Below are positions 13,980 through 26,595 of a DNA stretch of 64,000 nt, in pieces. The notes under the pieces are model-generated. The model searched no databases. It was given only the letters and a program-made list of their open reading frames with translations, and was not told the DNA's origin. Each line of letters begins with the position of its first letter. Position 1 is the first letter of the stretch. The DNA is from Narcine bancroftii (lineage: Eukaryota): positions 26,536,001-26,600,000 of the forward strand of contig NC_091475.1 of NCBI RefSeq assembly GCF_036971445.1, in the 5' to 3' direction. A program made the translations under genes and the position numbers.

Positions 13980-15146
13980 TATTCAGAATATTCCCTCTTG
14001 ACAGCACAATTCCAAAAAGTGAATAAAATGTGTCACATCTTCAGGTGAATTACTAAAAGCTGAAAGAGTGAAAAATCAAGAAGGTGGATGAAAAAAAGAA
14101 TCACTAGTATTGTTATAACCTTCCTTTCTTAGATAAAAGACCAAGAGATCACATGCTGCTTCCAGTCCCACTGTGGTTCGGCACACAAGCTTGGTCTGGT
14201 TTCACTGGACGGGGCTCCATTTCAGACCATGCCTGCAACACCATTACTATTTATTTTATAAGTACTTTGAAGGTTGTAAAACACCCCAAGGTGATTATCA
14301 AATAATACTGCAAAGGATAAAGAGATGGAGGTAGACTGAGTGATGAATGGAGAATTTATTGCCATGTGCACCACTATTATTGCACAGATGCACGATAGTC
14401 AGGTCCATGAAACACAGTAACACACCCTTTCAGATTACAATTGGCAAATGACCAGCAGAGCTTCTCTGCCCACAAGTCATCAGAGGAAATACTGCCATCT
14501 GGATTGAGGCATCAAATAAATTACAGTTAATCTCTACATACGCCACCAAAGGCACTTATTTCATGACGCTCATTTATAACAAATACATTTTAAAGAATTT
14601 GAAATCATTGAAACAGAACTGTGAAAACCCCTTAAATGAGCCGAGAAAAGCTAGATTCAATGATATACACAAGAGCCTCATTCTGTTCAGTACAGGAATC
14701 CATAGATTTTCAAATATGCAGGCTCCAGAATTGCAATCCAAACCTCTAAACATCAAGATGATGAAACTCTAGATACCTAAAATTTTCACTTTAAGCTATC
14801 AATTCCTTATTTCACTTTTTTTTCTACATGTAGATATCCTTCCCCAACTCGAGCAAACTGAATATGTGGGTAAAGGGCACCAGCACCAGCTTCCCATTTA
14901 CCCCCTCTGCTATGGGCATTCATCAGGAAAGTAATGGGGCAATCAGGTTCTTTGTGTGATCAATGCCCACTTTACAACCAAGTTTCTTTTTTTTTGAATA
15001 ATTTATTTTAATTTTCATAAATTCCAACAAACAATATAATCTTTTTTAACATTCATGTAACATACAGAGTACGCATTTATCTCTACCCCCTCCCCCCACC
15101 AAACCGTTGTACAACTGAAAATACCATCAATTAAATTACATCGTAC

Positions 15147-16067
15147 TGTGACAGAGTATATAGATATGATTTTGGGAGATAAATTGGGAAATGTTTGTTA
15201 GAGTAGGTTACATACAAACACTTTAAAACAGATCTTATTTGAAATACTGGAGCTCTGCTAATACTAGACAAATCAGCTTCTCAGAGCATTTGCAAGAGCT
15301 TTGGAGAGTGCTCAAGAGACTTCACTAATGGATTGTTGTCTGCAAAAGGCAACAGATGAAAGATCTCGTTGGAGCCGCAGATTGTCTGGAAGAGGGCTTG
15401 CTGTTCTAAGGGGTCATGTGGTTTTGCAAGCAGAGAGAGTCAAGCAGGCTTTCTCTGGGACTGGAACAGGTCAAGCTGGCAAGCTTATGGAAAGCCCATT
15501 TGAAAGACGGCCTGGTGAAAGCCCTTGTGGTTCATGGAAGAGGAGATGACTGGTTGTCTAATGTTTCACTTGGAATAAGAGAAACAAAAAGGAACTCTGT
15601 GGTGACCTGAAAGAAAGATTATCATCTGGAGAACCCTGAAGGGGCAAGTTTCATCAGCAAGACACTGAAGTGGCTGATTAAAAAAAGAACAAATCTCTCT
15701 GAAAACCAACAAGAACCTTCCTGAGTGGTAACTATTTACCTTTCAAGCACCAAAGCCTGGTGAACTTGATAAATGTTAAGTTCTGGGCACAGCATAAGAA
15801 TTGCCTGCAACTAGTAAAGTTGGAGGAATGAGAAGTGAGATTGGACTGTGAACCAAAGAACTTTTCTGAACTTACATACACATTACATACACATGCACTT
15901 AGAATTAGAAAGGGGTTAAGTTAGGTTAAGTTAGGTTAAGTAAGTTAATAGCGATAAGTTAAAGCTTGATTCTATTTTCATGTTTAAAGATAATTAAAAG
16001 CAACTTTTATTTAAGTAACCATTTGTCTTGTAGAATATCTATTGCTGCTGGGTTTTGAGGTCTCACA
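15147..16067 (+). mobile_element. LTR-retrotransposon solo LTR, copy 1 (3' end altered)
   Basis: About 0.9 kb colinear with 31294-32352. It starts TGTGAC and has ATTAAA near the 3' end. No matching TSD. Confidence 0.8.
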
Positions 16068-16251
16068 TGCACGCACGCACACATTTCCCCCCCCCCCCCC
16101 ATAAATCCCAGTAGGCCAAACCGATCTCCCTGTTTGCCCAAGATTGGGCAGTTCTGGTGAACATGCCATTGCTCTCATCCTCCCATAGTTGGCATCACAT
16201 GGAACTCTGCACATATGAGATGATCATTACCAGCCTTCCATTGTTTGTTCA

Positions 16252-16467
16252 CCCATCAGCAAGCTCCCATCAGCAAGCTCCCATCAGCAAGCTCCCATCA
16301 GCAAGCTCCCATCTGCAAGCTCCCATCTGCAAGCTCCCATCTGCAAGCTCCCATCTGCAAGCTCCCATCAGCAAGCTCCCATCAGCAAGCTCCCATCAGC
16401 AAGCTCCCATCAGCAAGCTCCCATCAGCAAGCTCCCATCAGCAAGCTCCCATCAGCAAGCTCCCATC
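16252..16467. repeat. 14-bp minisatellite (CCCATCWGCAAGCT), ~15 copies
   Basis: Directly visible tandem array. An A>T variant occupies four adjacent units. Confidence 0.97.
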
Positions 16468-17112
16468 CACCATTCCAATCAGAAATTGGCAGTAATAAAC
16501 TCGAGGACTGAACTGAACAGGGACCCATACATCTCACACAATGTATAGGAACCTATTCAATGCTACATCACAAGTACTGACCAAACAGGAGCAAATGGTT
16601 TAGCACACAAAATTTTTCATTTCTTTATTCTACATTAACTTGCTAAAATGATTGAACAATGAGAGAGCTAACCATCAGCATCTTGCTGGGGCCACCTTGG
16701 AAGAGGGCTTCCCAGAAGTTTGTTTTAATTTGTATTGGGAACTGTAGAAAAGCATTGTTTGAACATTTCCTTCCAGCATTTTGCTGCAAGTCCCGATTGG
16801 TCTACCACTGCCTTCCAGAGACATCCAACAAATACTTCTGGTTATTAAAATAACTCTGACTGCCAAGACAAATTCATTTTATCAAGCAAGTTTCATCATG
16901 CAAATAAAATGGACAGCTGCACAGGTATTTATCACTCTCAACCACCCAACAATTAGAGAAGTCCCTGCATGACACCAGAAGACCACAATCAGAGTGGAAG
17001 AGACTCGAGGAACCAAGTGACCTCTCCCCCATTCGAATCACCATTCCTGGGTAATTTACCATTCAGATAAATTTGAATTTACTATTCAGATTAATTCAAC
17101 TTGCTCAACTAA

Positions 17113-17686
17113 CACTGGACAACAAAGATTCTTGCTTCCTGAACACTTTTGGTGTATTTTATGGATTTTGGACTCTTGATCATGAAAATCACCTTAAAAT
17201 GTTCCAATCACATACCATTTTTTAGATATAACCTATTTTAGTGATTTCCTGCCATATTTTAAGTCTACTTCAAGCTTACACAACCATGAAATGCAACATT
17301 TCATTGAAAATAAATTTTCTGAGTTTGCACTTGGACTTCTTCCCTGCTGGTCTTATTGCAGTCAAGACAATGCAATCATGGAAAAGTGGTATTAAGGCAA
17401 CTGGAATTTATCAATGTTAGCAGACTATTGTTGGACACTGACATGAGAGGCATCAGATGCTGAGTACAAATGAAAATCAGCAGCCAAACATTTTCTAAAC
17501 TAAAGCAATGTGTCATCATCATTAAGTGATTAAATATGCTAAATTCAATAAAAGTAAATTAATATTTCTCCAACTTCCTACATGATAAATCAAATCTGAA
17601 ATTATCTGTGTTCAGCTTGAAATTGTCTATCATAATCCTCAATTTTTCTTTCAGGAAGCAAACCTTTTGAAAAAAATTGGTCAGTG
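17113..17686 (+). mobile_element. Chapaev3-like non-autonomous DNA transposon
   Basis: CACTGGAC...CAGTG termini flanked by TAA/TTA (TWA-type target). The internal transposase remnant reads LDFFP...MEKW..GNWN.SMLADYCWTL. Confidence 0.75.
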
Positions 17687-18409
17687 TTATTAGACAATTT
17701 TTTTTAAAGTGTTGACAATGATAGAAAATAAACGACAGAGTTTCAATCCATTTTATTTAAACTCCAAAATTGGTGCCTCACACAGATTGGTATTCTTTAT
17801 TAAAAATAAAAATTGTAAACTTGAAATAAAAGCAGAAAATGTCAGAAATCAAGTTGCACTCATTCAGCATCTGTAAGGGACAGGTTAATGGTTTTGGTGC
17901 ATTTGCTCTGGGGATTAACATAATATTAGCTGATAAATCCAAGCTCCTTCTGCCTTTAAGGATGGATGGGGGCTTGAATTAAACTGAGCCTGGTATTCAT
18001 TTTCAGTCCGAAGGACTGTATCCCCCTGCTGTACTGCTGCAGCTACTCAACTTTCACTCCCAAGAACATGATTAAACTTCCACTTTATCAGTTCAAACAC
18101 TCATATTTAGAAATTCATGGAACTTGGCAAAGATAAATTTGGAGAAGTGTCTGCCAGATGATTAAACTGAAATGTGATTTAAGTATGCTTCCACTGTCCT
18201 TTGATATACTGCTGAAGGATTGTCCTCGTTAAGGGTTAAATCTAATAGTTGAAAAGCAGGAATAAAAGTGAGTGAAAAGAAGGTAGATCCCAAGCAGACA
18301 ATTGTTTATCCTGACTGATATGCAAATACTTTGAATATTCCTGGGACAGTTACAAAGCTGATGGCTGTTTTCCAATACTGTGTGATGCTTGAAAATGAAT
18401 ACCTAAGGA

Positions 18410-18580
18410 TTCAAGAAACAGTGAGATAGATGGTGGTGGAACTCAGTGGGTCAGGCAGCATCCATGAGAGTTTCAATAAAGGGTCTCGACCTAAAAGATT
18501 GACTACCCATGGATGCTGCCTGACCCATTGAGTTCCAACAGCATCTCATGGTTTGCTCAAGATTCCAACTACTGCAATTT
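18410..18580. mobile_element. Penelope-derived inverted-repeat (hairpin) element
   Basis: 38-bp inverted arms (18429-18466 and 18508-18545) of the gatgctgcctgacc...gagttcc motif. The same motif lies next to GIY-YIG remnants elsewhere in the window. Confidence 0.65.
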
Positions 18581-20405
18581 TGGTATTTCTTCAAGGACAA
18601 CACGCCTTAAAGACTCGGCAGCCCAGTCTTCGCTTGATATTGACCTGTAAGCACTGCAAGGGGTCACTTGCTATTATTTGGACTTCCCTATGAAACTAGA
18701 TTTAAAAGGATCCTGTACCACCCCCCCCCCCACCCTCCCCAGGTGGTACGCATAAGAAATCAGCTAGCCCTCACTATTTTACAGTTACTAAACATCAAGA
18801 TCCATCAATCCAAAGGTGTTCTGGGTCTGGCGTGAATCATCATCTTTCTCAACCTGTTCAGATGAGGCACATACTGGATGTTTCTGGGGCAAGGGCAGGA
18901 TAATTCAGAAAACTCATGAGATTTTCCTTCCAATTTGCAATCCGACTATTGTTAGAAGGTGCAGATTTACAGCGTCAGTAGCGAGCAACAATGGAATGGC
19001 TTCTGCAGCTGAATCATTCAGACACATTCATTGTTTTGTGGAATTGCTCTGCGTAGATGGCGGTGGAGGACTAATACTGCATAATTAGTGGAAATGCAGG
19101 ACATGGTTAATTTAGTGGTGAGGCAACTTACAATGCTTTAAAACCAGACTTCACTAGCATATTGAAAAACACCCTTAATTCAATTTAATGTCATTTTGTT
19201 TGGGTTCGGCTAATTTTATGCAAACTTTGCTGTGGGGAGGAGATACAAATATAATCCAAACCTGGGCTAAGAATACTAAAAAAAAACATTGAATGGTCTC
19301 CAGCCAAAAGGAAACAGGAGCCTACGGAGGTTGTGTACTGACTGTCAGCCTAACAGGAATAAAAGTCTCCTTGTTGGAAGCATTTGAGTTACTTCACATG
19401 TCAAAGTGCTGCTGACAGAGTCAGAATCACCTTTGGCACCAGCTTGGCAGTTGAATTACAGCATAGCATGAGAGCTCTTTTGCTTTTACACACTGAAAAA
19501 TTAATTCATGTCACAGTTCGGAGGGAAAAAAAAATCCACCTTTGACAGCAGCAACAACTTACAATTGCAATTGTACATTTGATGAGCTTGTCTACCCATA
19601 GAAAAGCAGTTGTATTTAGAGAATTATGCATTCATTGCAGATCAATGAATATAAAATTATAGGAATAGGTAGGGTGAGGATTCATTAGGTGGTTTTAAAA
19701 GATGACATGAAGCAAGTATATTGGATTTTAAAAATCTTGCTTCTGAAGTATTGGTGTATGCTCAACAAAATGAAATATTGAAAGTTGCCAATATTATGGT
19801 TTACTATATGAAAGATCATTAAATAAGCCTAAAGCATAGGTTGGATAAAGATAGTAATCGAATAGTAGGAATATGTGATCCATGTGGACACCTATACTTC
19901 TCGCACAAAAGAGCAACAAAGCACTGAATTTGTGCAGTTGTATATTGTATCCAAATGTTGCCTTCAGGAAGCTTTTACCAAAGTGTTGCCTCAGAGGTTT
20001 CTCTATATATTTGAAGGCTTAGGCATTAGTGGCAAGATAAAATGATGAATGGCGTATTGGCCGATTCTAGTTGCAAGTGGATTTGGACGAGTCTGGAGGG
20101 CTGAACTGATAAACGTTTGGAACTCAGCTGTGAGCAACCTGCATCTACAACTTCTAGGAGTAGACCAATCCTGTAAGTTAGCTGTCAAGTGAGGGACATA
20201 AAGCAAACTGGAAAGGATGATAAAGTAAGCTGCAGAGACATAAACTGGTTAATTGAAATAAGGTGCTGGAAATATTCTGTATGTTAAGCGTCGAAGTTAA
20301 TGAATGGAGGCGAGGATATCTATTGACAGATAATTGTATTCGAGTTGAGTGAAGCTAATCAAAAACAACCAAGTCTATCTTCAGTTAGTAGATAATATAC
20401 AGGTA

Positions 20406-20626
20406 CAATAAAATCCCAGTATCTGGCACCTATGGTGATTGGTAGATGCCAGATAAGTGAATTTGCAGGTTTCTTGAGATTTAGTGTTGTCTGGATTGGA
20501 GAACTAACCACTAGGGGTGCCAATTCTAAACTTAAGTATTATTTACCTATTTATCTTCCATGGTTTTTTTTGTTGGTTGGTTGAAGCTGCTGGTTGCTTG
20601 AATTCTGGATAATGGGGATTTTACTG
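20406..20626. mobile_element. Tc1/mariner (Tigger-like) MITE
   Basis: TA|CAATAAAATCCC...GGGATTTTACTG|TA. Confidence 0.8.
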
Positions 20627-21111
20627 TAATAGCAAGACCTGTTCATCTACTTGGAGTGTTGCCAAAGCACGATCCTAGTTTAATATTTCAGCATGAAAGG
20701 GTTCCTCTACTGGACTGCACATCGATGCACCAACAGAGGAAAGCGATGGATACATTTGCACATCTTTACTACACACCTGGAAAATTACCTGGAAGCAGCT
20801 AAATGCTTGCAGTCTCTTTAGACAATCATTCACACCCAGCATGAATCAGCTCATTGTTTCTTCTTTGCACAAAATTGGTGAGAATCCAGTTACAATATCC
20901 TCACACACTGGATGACTGAGATTTGGAAAGGATGCAGGCAGAGTTTATGGGGTTAATTTACAGTTTAAGCTATCTTAGTTGCATGTTCAAGAAACTGAGC
21001 TGCTATACTTACAGAGACGTAGCTGAGGGTGATCTGTTTGAGGCATAATGAAATGATGAAGGTACGAGACTATGTTTGTAGCAACATTTGTTGTAACTAG
21101 ATGAATTAGGA

Positions 21112-21332
21112 TAGCCATTCTCAATCTTTCTTTGGCTACAGCCCCCTTAGGACTCTGCTCAAAGTTTAAAGGCCCCTTCCTTATGAAGCAGGCATGTTTA
21201 GTTGGTTTCTTCCATACTTCTCTCCTAGTGACTACATAGGGAACAAAAAGTATTCTACGATTTAAATCCGTGGCCCTTCCTTAAATGTGCTGTGGTCTCA
21301 GGGGTTCGTATGGCCCCCATTGAGAATGGCTG
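21112..21332. mobile_element. hAT-type MITE nested in a decayed CR1 3' end (~20940-21480)
   Basis: TIR AGCCATTCTCAAT...ATTGAGAATGGCT. The 8-bp flanks AATTAGGA and AGTTAGAA match at 6/8. Confidence 0.7.
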
Positions 21333-22853
21333 AGTTAGAAGTACAAGGGGCCATGATTTTAAACAATGCAAACTGTGGATACCAGGAAGTAGTCCTGTAA
21401 CAGGGGAATAATGTCTTATGAATGAAATTCCTAGCTTGCTCAGTGAACATTTATCCATTGTGTTCTAAGTGAGATCTATTTCTGGACATGGCAGTGCATG
21501 GCAGGACACTGTGTGCCAGTAATCAGGCCACTAGCGATGGCACTGGAGATAATGGATGGGTGAGGTGTCAGAGAGGAAAAGTTGGAAATGGGAGAGCATC
21601 AGAGGGGAATTTTCCATTTTTTCTCTCTGACTGGCTGGTTTGGAAATTCATTTTGTATATATATTGTGGTGCACAGACAGGTCAGCTGACCTGGTTGGTC
21701 TAACCATCCATTACTTCTGATATGCCAGACATTAAGTTACCTTAGCTAAGCATTATCGACCATGAGCAACCATCTGAAAAAAAGACACTTCATTTTCCTT
21801 AGTGTCAGGCTGTAGCACCCCAAACACAAATTTTAGTGTAGGCATGGCTTTATATGTATAAGCCGGGTACTTAACATGGAATTAGTAATCTTGTTTCACC
21901 GTGTTAATTGACAGGAGGCAATGAAACAAATTGGAATGTCTGTGAATAGGAGGAACTAGAAACAGTATGGAGCTGGAAAGGATGAATTACCATTAGTGCG
22001 TGCATGGGAGTGGGCTGGCCCATCTTTGTGTAAGGTTTCCCAGCCACAGATTTCTATCACGCACCAGGCCCATGAATCTGCATGAAGCAGCTGGGAGCAT
22101 TTGCAATGTGTTCACAAAGGCCACTCGTCCACCAGATTTGCCAAAGAGAAAACGGCTAGGCTCCAGACCATGGGAGGAGATAGAAGGACCAACCTGGAAG
22201 ATTAATGGGTGGCTTGGGGGGGGGTTCATAACAGCATTTGTTCAGGCAAAGTCACATCCCTTTTAAATATGTAGGACCTTAACCCTTTATTTAAGGACTA
22301 GACATTCAGATCTCCTCATTGTAGAACTATTTTATGCAGATGAAACACTTAGTGAAAACCTGTGCTTTGACTGCATTTCATTATCTTGATTATGCACAGG
22401 GAATCAGCGCAGTTTACATTTTTCACATCAGCAATATCTTCCACCTCATTTGAAATGCATTATTCAGACTCTCAATGCAAAATATTATGGCAACTGATTA
22501 CTTTGAATTGTATGTCATATTTGAGATGAACTTTAATAAAGTTTGGGAGTGCAGATACAGTAAATAAGCAGAAATCTACCCTAATAAGTTGGAAGTCCAG
22601 TATTGCATCTACAGAACTAATAGAAAAATTCAAAATCAAATTTTTATTGGCCAGGTAAAATTGCACAGGACTCTCAACTGAAATTTCAACCTTCAAATGT
22701 GCTTTAAAGTTTGGGAAATAATTATTTTGGCATAATTATGAAAATTAATTGCTTTCATCATTTATAATGCTCTATATTTGATGTTTGATATGTACACATA
22801 ACAATAAACATAACAAAAATGATGGCCATCGCTGTAAGCCAAGATTTACCTAC

Positions 22854-23231
22854 CTGTCAAATTCCCCTTGGCATTATAGGATCCCCAATAGGTAGATTCT
22901 GTGTTCGGAGTGTGGCATTCGTATTCTCCTGTATCTCCCAGTTGGAGATTGGTAATGTGTAAAAGGGCCGAGTCTCGGTCAATTCTTTCAACGTAGACCT
23001 CCTTATTCCGCACTCTGCTTCCGTACACTGCATAGGAGTAGTCAGGGTCATTTGTGCTGACAATCTGGATTTGTCGTTGGGGTGCAGAAGGCAGGTAGAT
23101 TGACCACTCAAAGTTCTGCAGCGTAGATCCTGAGTAGCCAGACACGTTGCACCAGATGGTTGTATGGTATCCTTCTGTTCTGATCAGGGGGCCTTTCTGT
23201 ACCTGGACTCGCCTTTGAGCAACACATAAAC
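22854..23231 (-). CDS. IGSF3: Internal coding exon (signal-peptide end plus first V-set Ig domain) of an IGSF3/CD101-like EWI-family membrane protein
   Basis: Translation (G)LCVAQRRVQVQKGPLIRTEGYHTTIWCNVSGYSGSTLQNFEWSIYLPSAPQRQIQIVST...SALLHITNLQLGDTGEYECHTPNTESTYWGSYNAKGNLT closely resembles IGSF3 domain 1 as I recall it, with the canonical Cys/Trp and DxGxYxC motif. The acceptor is ttctcttttacag before 23231 and the donor is gtaggt after 22854. The exon is 378 bp, phase 1-1, as expected for an Ig exon. IGSF3 versus a paralogue such as CD101 is not resolved. Confidence 0.9.
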
Positions 23232-23509
23232 CTGTAAAAGAGAATTTATGTAAAGATGTACATGATTAGAAAACAGGATACTTCTCTAACTTATTCCCTC
23301 CATGCCAAATAATAAATTAGAATTCTGTTTCTCTTCCACCCTCCCCAAAACTTGCTGTTAGCTCTGGTTCTTGCTGGGGTTGGGTTTCATGAACACCAAC
23401 CACTGCTGAAGATCACATCCCTTGGGATATTTGAATATGTCAGTGTGGAATTCCACATGTTAACCACATGAGAAGGTCACAAGAAAACTATATATTGGCT
23501 AAGGAGATT

Positions 23510-23915
23510 CTTTCCAATCAGGGACCCAAACAGTCCATTTGGATGAAGCAGGAATTTGTTTGCAGGTCTTTACATCCAGAGTATGCCCTCAGGAACCCAT
23601 CTACCCTAAAGAAACCAAAGTTTGGGTGACCACTTTGCTGAGCACCTGTATTCAGTCTCCAGAGGTGTCAGAGGACTTCCAGTTGTCTGTCATTGAAATT
23701 CACCATTCTAATCCACTGACCCATCTAAAGCCTCCTGCACTGTTTCAACAAGCCCCAAGTTCTCTTTCAGTCTTGGCATCTTGCAGCTCACAGGTTCAAT
23801 CATTTCAAGTAATATTTGTGTCAGAACAGGGCAATTCTGCTACAGCTTATCCATCTGTATGTTAAATAAATTTTTTCTCTCTCCATCAATCTGCCTCATC
23901 TGCTGGGCATATCCT
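23510..23915 (+). mobile_element. Penelope-like element fragment (GIY-YIG endonuclease region)
   Basis: Remnants of I.GPKQS...ETK..LGDHFAEHL.SV...DLPV, followed by the PLE-type terminal motif. Confidence 0.65.
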
Positions 23916-25704
23916 ACACCCAACACACGCTCTGTTTCCCCAGCAGGTGCCACAAGGCGTGCACCATCAGGTTCAGGAATAGCTGCTACCCCTCCACCAT
24001 CAGACTCCCCCACAACAAACTCAGTCAGGGACTCTTACACTTTATTAATTTTTTTCTCTCTATATTTAAGTCAATCGGTTTACATTTTTTAAATTTGTTT
24101 ACATGTATACATTTCTTCTTTTTTTAAAATTTTTTTATTTTTCACACTATAAACCATATTGACCAAGATACATATAGACATTTTTCTTCTTAAATATATA
24201 CAGTGTCGTTTTCTCCCCCTTTCCCCCCCCCCCATTCCCTCCCTCCCTCACCCCCTTCCCCATTTATTTGAAGTTCAATCTATAAGATTCATTAAACCCG
24301 TGTTGTCACTTAATTTTACTGAGTCAGTTCTTTTTGTTATCTTCTCCTTCTGTCATTTTAGGTGGTGGAAGTCCATGGTAGGATTTCTCTATTGTGTTTC
24401 ATGTATGACTCCCATATTTGTTCGAATATTGTGATGTTATTTCTTAAATTATATGTTATTTTTTCTAATGGAATACATTTATTCATTTCTATGTACCATT
24501 GTTGTATTCTCAAGTTGTCTTCTAATTTCCAGGTTGACTTAATACATTTTTTTGCTACAGCTAGGGCTATCATAACAAATCTTTTTTGTGCTCCATCCAA
24601 ATCAAGTCCAAATTCTTTGTTTCTTACTTCCTTGTTTATTACTTAGGAGGAAGATCTCTGGGTTTTTTGGTATATTGCTTTTTGTGATTTTATTTAATAT
24701 CTGGTTTAGATCTTCCCAAAATTTTTCCACTTTATCACATGTCCAAATTGCATGAATTGTTGTTCCCGTTTCATTTTTACAGTGAAAACATCTGTCTGAT
24801 ACTGTTGGGTCCCATTCATTTAACTTTTGAGGTGTGATGTATAGCCTGTGTATCTAGTTATATTGTATCATGCGTAACCTCGTGTTTATTGTATTTCTCA
24901 TAGTTCCGGAGCATAGCTTCTCCCATGTTTCATTCTTTATCTTTATTTTTAGATCTTGTTCCCATTTTTGTTTAGGTTTACCGTTTGTTTCCTCGTTCTC
25001 CTTTTCTTGCAGTTTGATGTACATGTTTGTTACAAATTTTTTAATTATCATTGTGTCTGTAATCACATATTCAAAATTGCTTCCTTCTGGTAACTCAGAC
25101 TGTTTCGCAATTTGTCCTTCAAGTAGGTTTTCAGTTGATAGTATGCAAACATTGTATCATGAGTTATATTATATTTATCCTTCATTTGTTCAAAGGATAA
25201 TAATTTATTTCCCGAAAAACAATGTCTTTTTTCAGTAAATTTAACAGTTTCTTCCTTTTGATTTGGTTATGTATTCCATTAATATTTAAAACCATATAGT
25301 TCAACATAGTCATTTCATACTTTATCTTTCCTTTCCGTTTCCTCATCACCACCTTCCCTTCTTATCCATTTCTGCTTTCTTTTTTTGAACACATTTTAAG
25401 ATCACATTTCTAAAACATAAAATATTTCCACTATTCTCATATCTAAAATTCCTTTAACCCCAATAGTCCCTCCCCTTTCTGAGTTGTCCTTTGTCCCTTG
25501 TCGGGCAACCACATCTCCCCTCTCCATTTGGATTTGCGAATCCGCTCGCAAGCGTCAACTGATTTCGCAGTGACTGTTATTCTTCCCCACCCAGCCCCCC
25601 CAGAAAAGATTTTAATCTTCATATATAACAAAGGTCACTCTCTTAATTCCCTCCTCACTTCCTTTCTTCCCTTTCTTTTCCTTCTTAATTCTTACTTATA
25701 CTCT

Positions 25705-25791
25705 ATTTATATATAACTATATATATATATATATATATATAACTATATATATATAACGATATATATAACGATATATATATAACGATATATA

Positions 25792-25828
<37 letters not shown>

Positions 25829-25886
25829 CTATCTATATATATAAAACTATATATATATATATATATACATATAACTATATATATAC
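25705..25886. repeat. (TA)n-rich compound microsatellite in the L1 inter-ORF spacer
   Basis: TA runs interrupted by AAC/AACG. Confidence 0.95.
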
Positions 25887-25899
25887 ATTTTTGTTCCTG

Positions 25900-26595
25900 T
25901 TACATCTCTTCATCTCTCTGTCTGTTTTGTAGTTGTTCTGCAAATTTTCGTGCTTTTTCCGGATCCGAGAATAGTTTGCCTTGCTGCCCCGGGATAACTA
26001 TTTTAAGTACCGCTGGGTATTTTAACATAAATTTATAACCTTTTTTCCATAGGGTCGTTTTTGCTGCATTAAACTCCTTTCTCTTCTTCAGGAGTTCAAA
26101 ACTTATATCTGGGTTGAAAAAAATTTTTTGACCCTTGTATTCCAGTGTTTTTTTGTCTTCTATTATTTTTTTCATTGCCTTCTCCAATATATTTTCTCTT
26201 GTTGTATATCTTACGAATTTTACTAGAATGGATCTTGGTTTTTGTTGTGGTTGTGTTTTAGGGGCTAATGTTCTGTGTGCCCTTTCTATTTCCATTTCTT
26301 CCTGTAATTCTGGTCTTCCTAGGACCCTGGGGATCCATTCTTTTATAAATTCTTTCATATTTTTGCCTTCTTCATCTTCTTTAAGGCCCACTATCTTTAT
26401 ATTGTTTCTTCTATTATAATTTTCCATTATATCTATCTTCTGAGCTAACAGCTCCTGTGTTTCTTTAACTTTTTTATCAGATTCTTCTAATTTCTTTTTT
26501 AAGTCATCTACCTCCATTTCTATGGCTGTTTCTCGTTCTTCCACCTTGTCTACTCTTTTTCCTATATCTGTCATGATCATCTCTAATCTATTCAC
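25900..26595 (-). pseudogene. L1 ORF1p C-terminal part (coiled coil, RRM, CTD); the N-terminal part up to ~27250 is frameshifted
   Basis: NRRNNIKIVGL, IERAHR, PRSILVKF and YPAVLKI motifs typical of L1 ORF1p. Confidence 0.9.

Noticed and set aside
16157-16511. Repetitive ORFs (SKLPSASSHQQAPI)n as a protein gene
   Set aside because: They result from a stop-free 14-bp minisatellite, with no splice or homology support.
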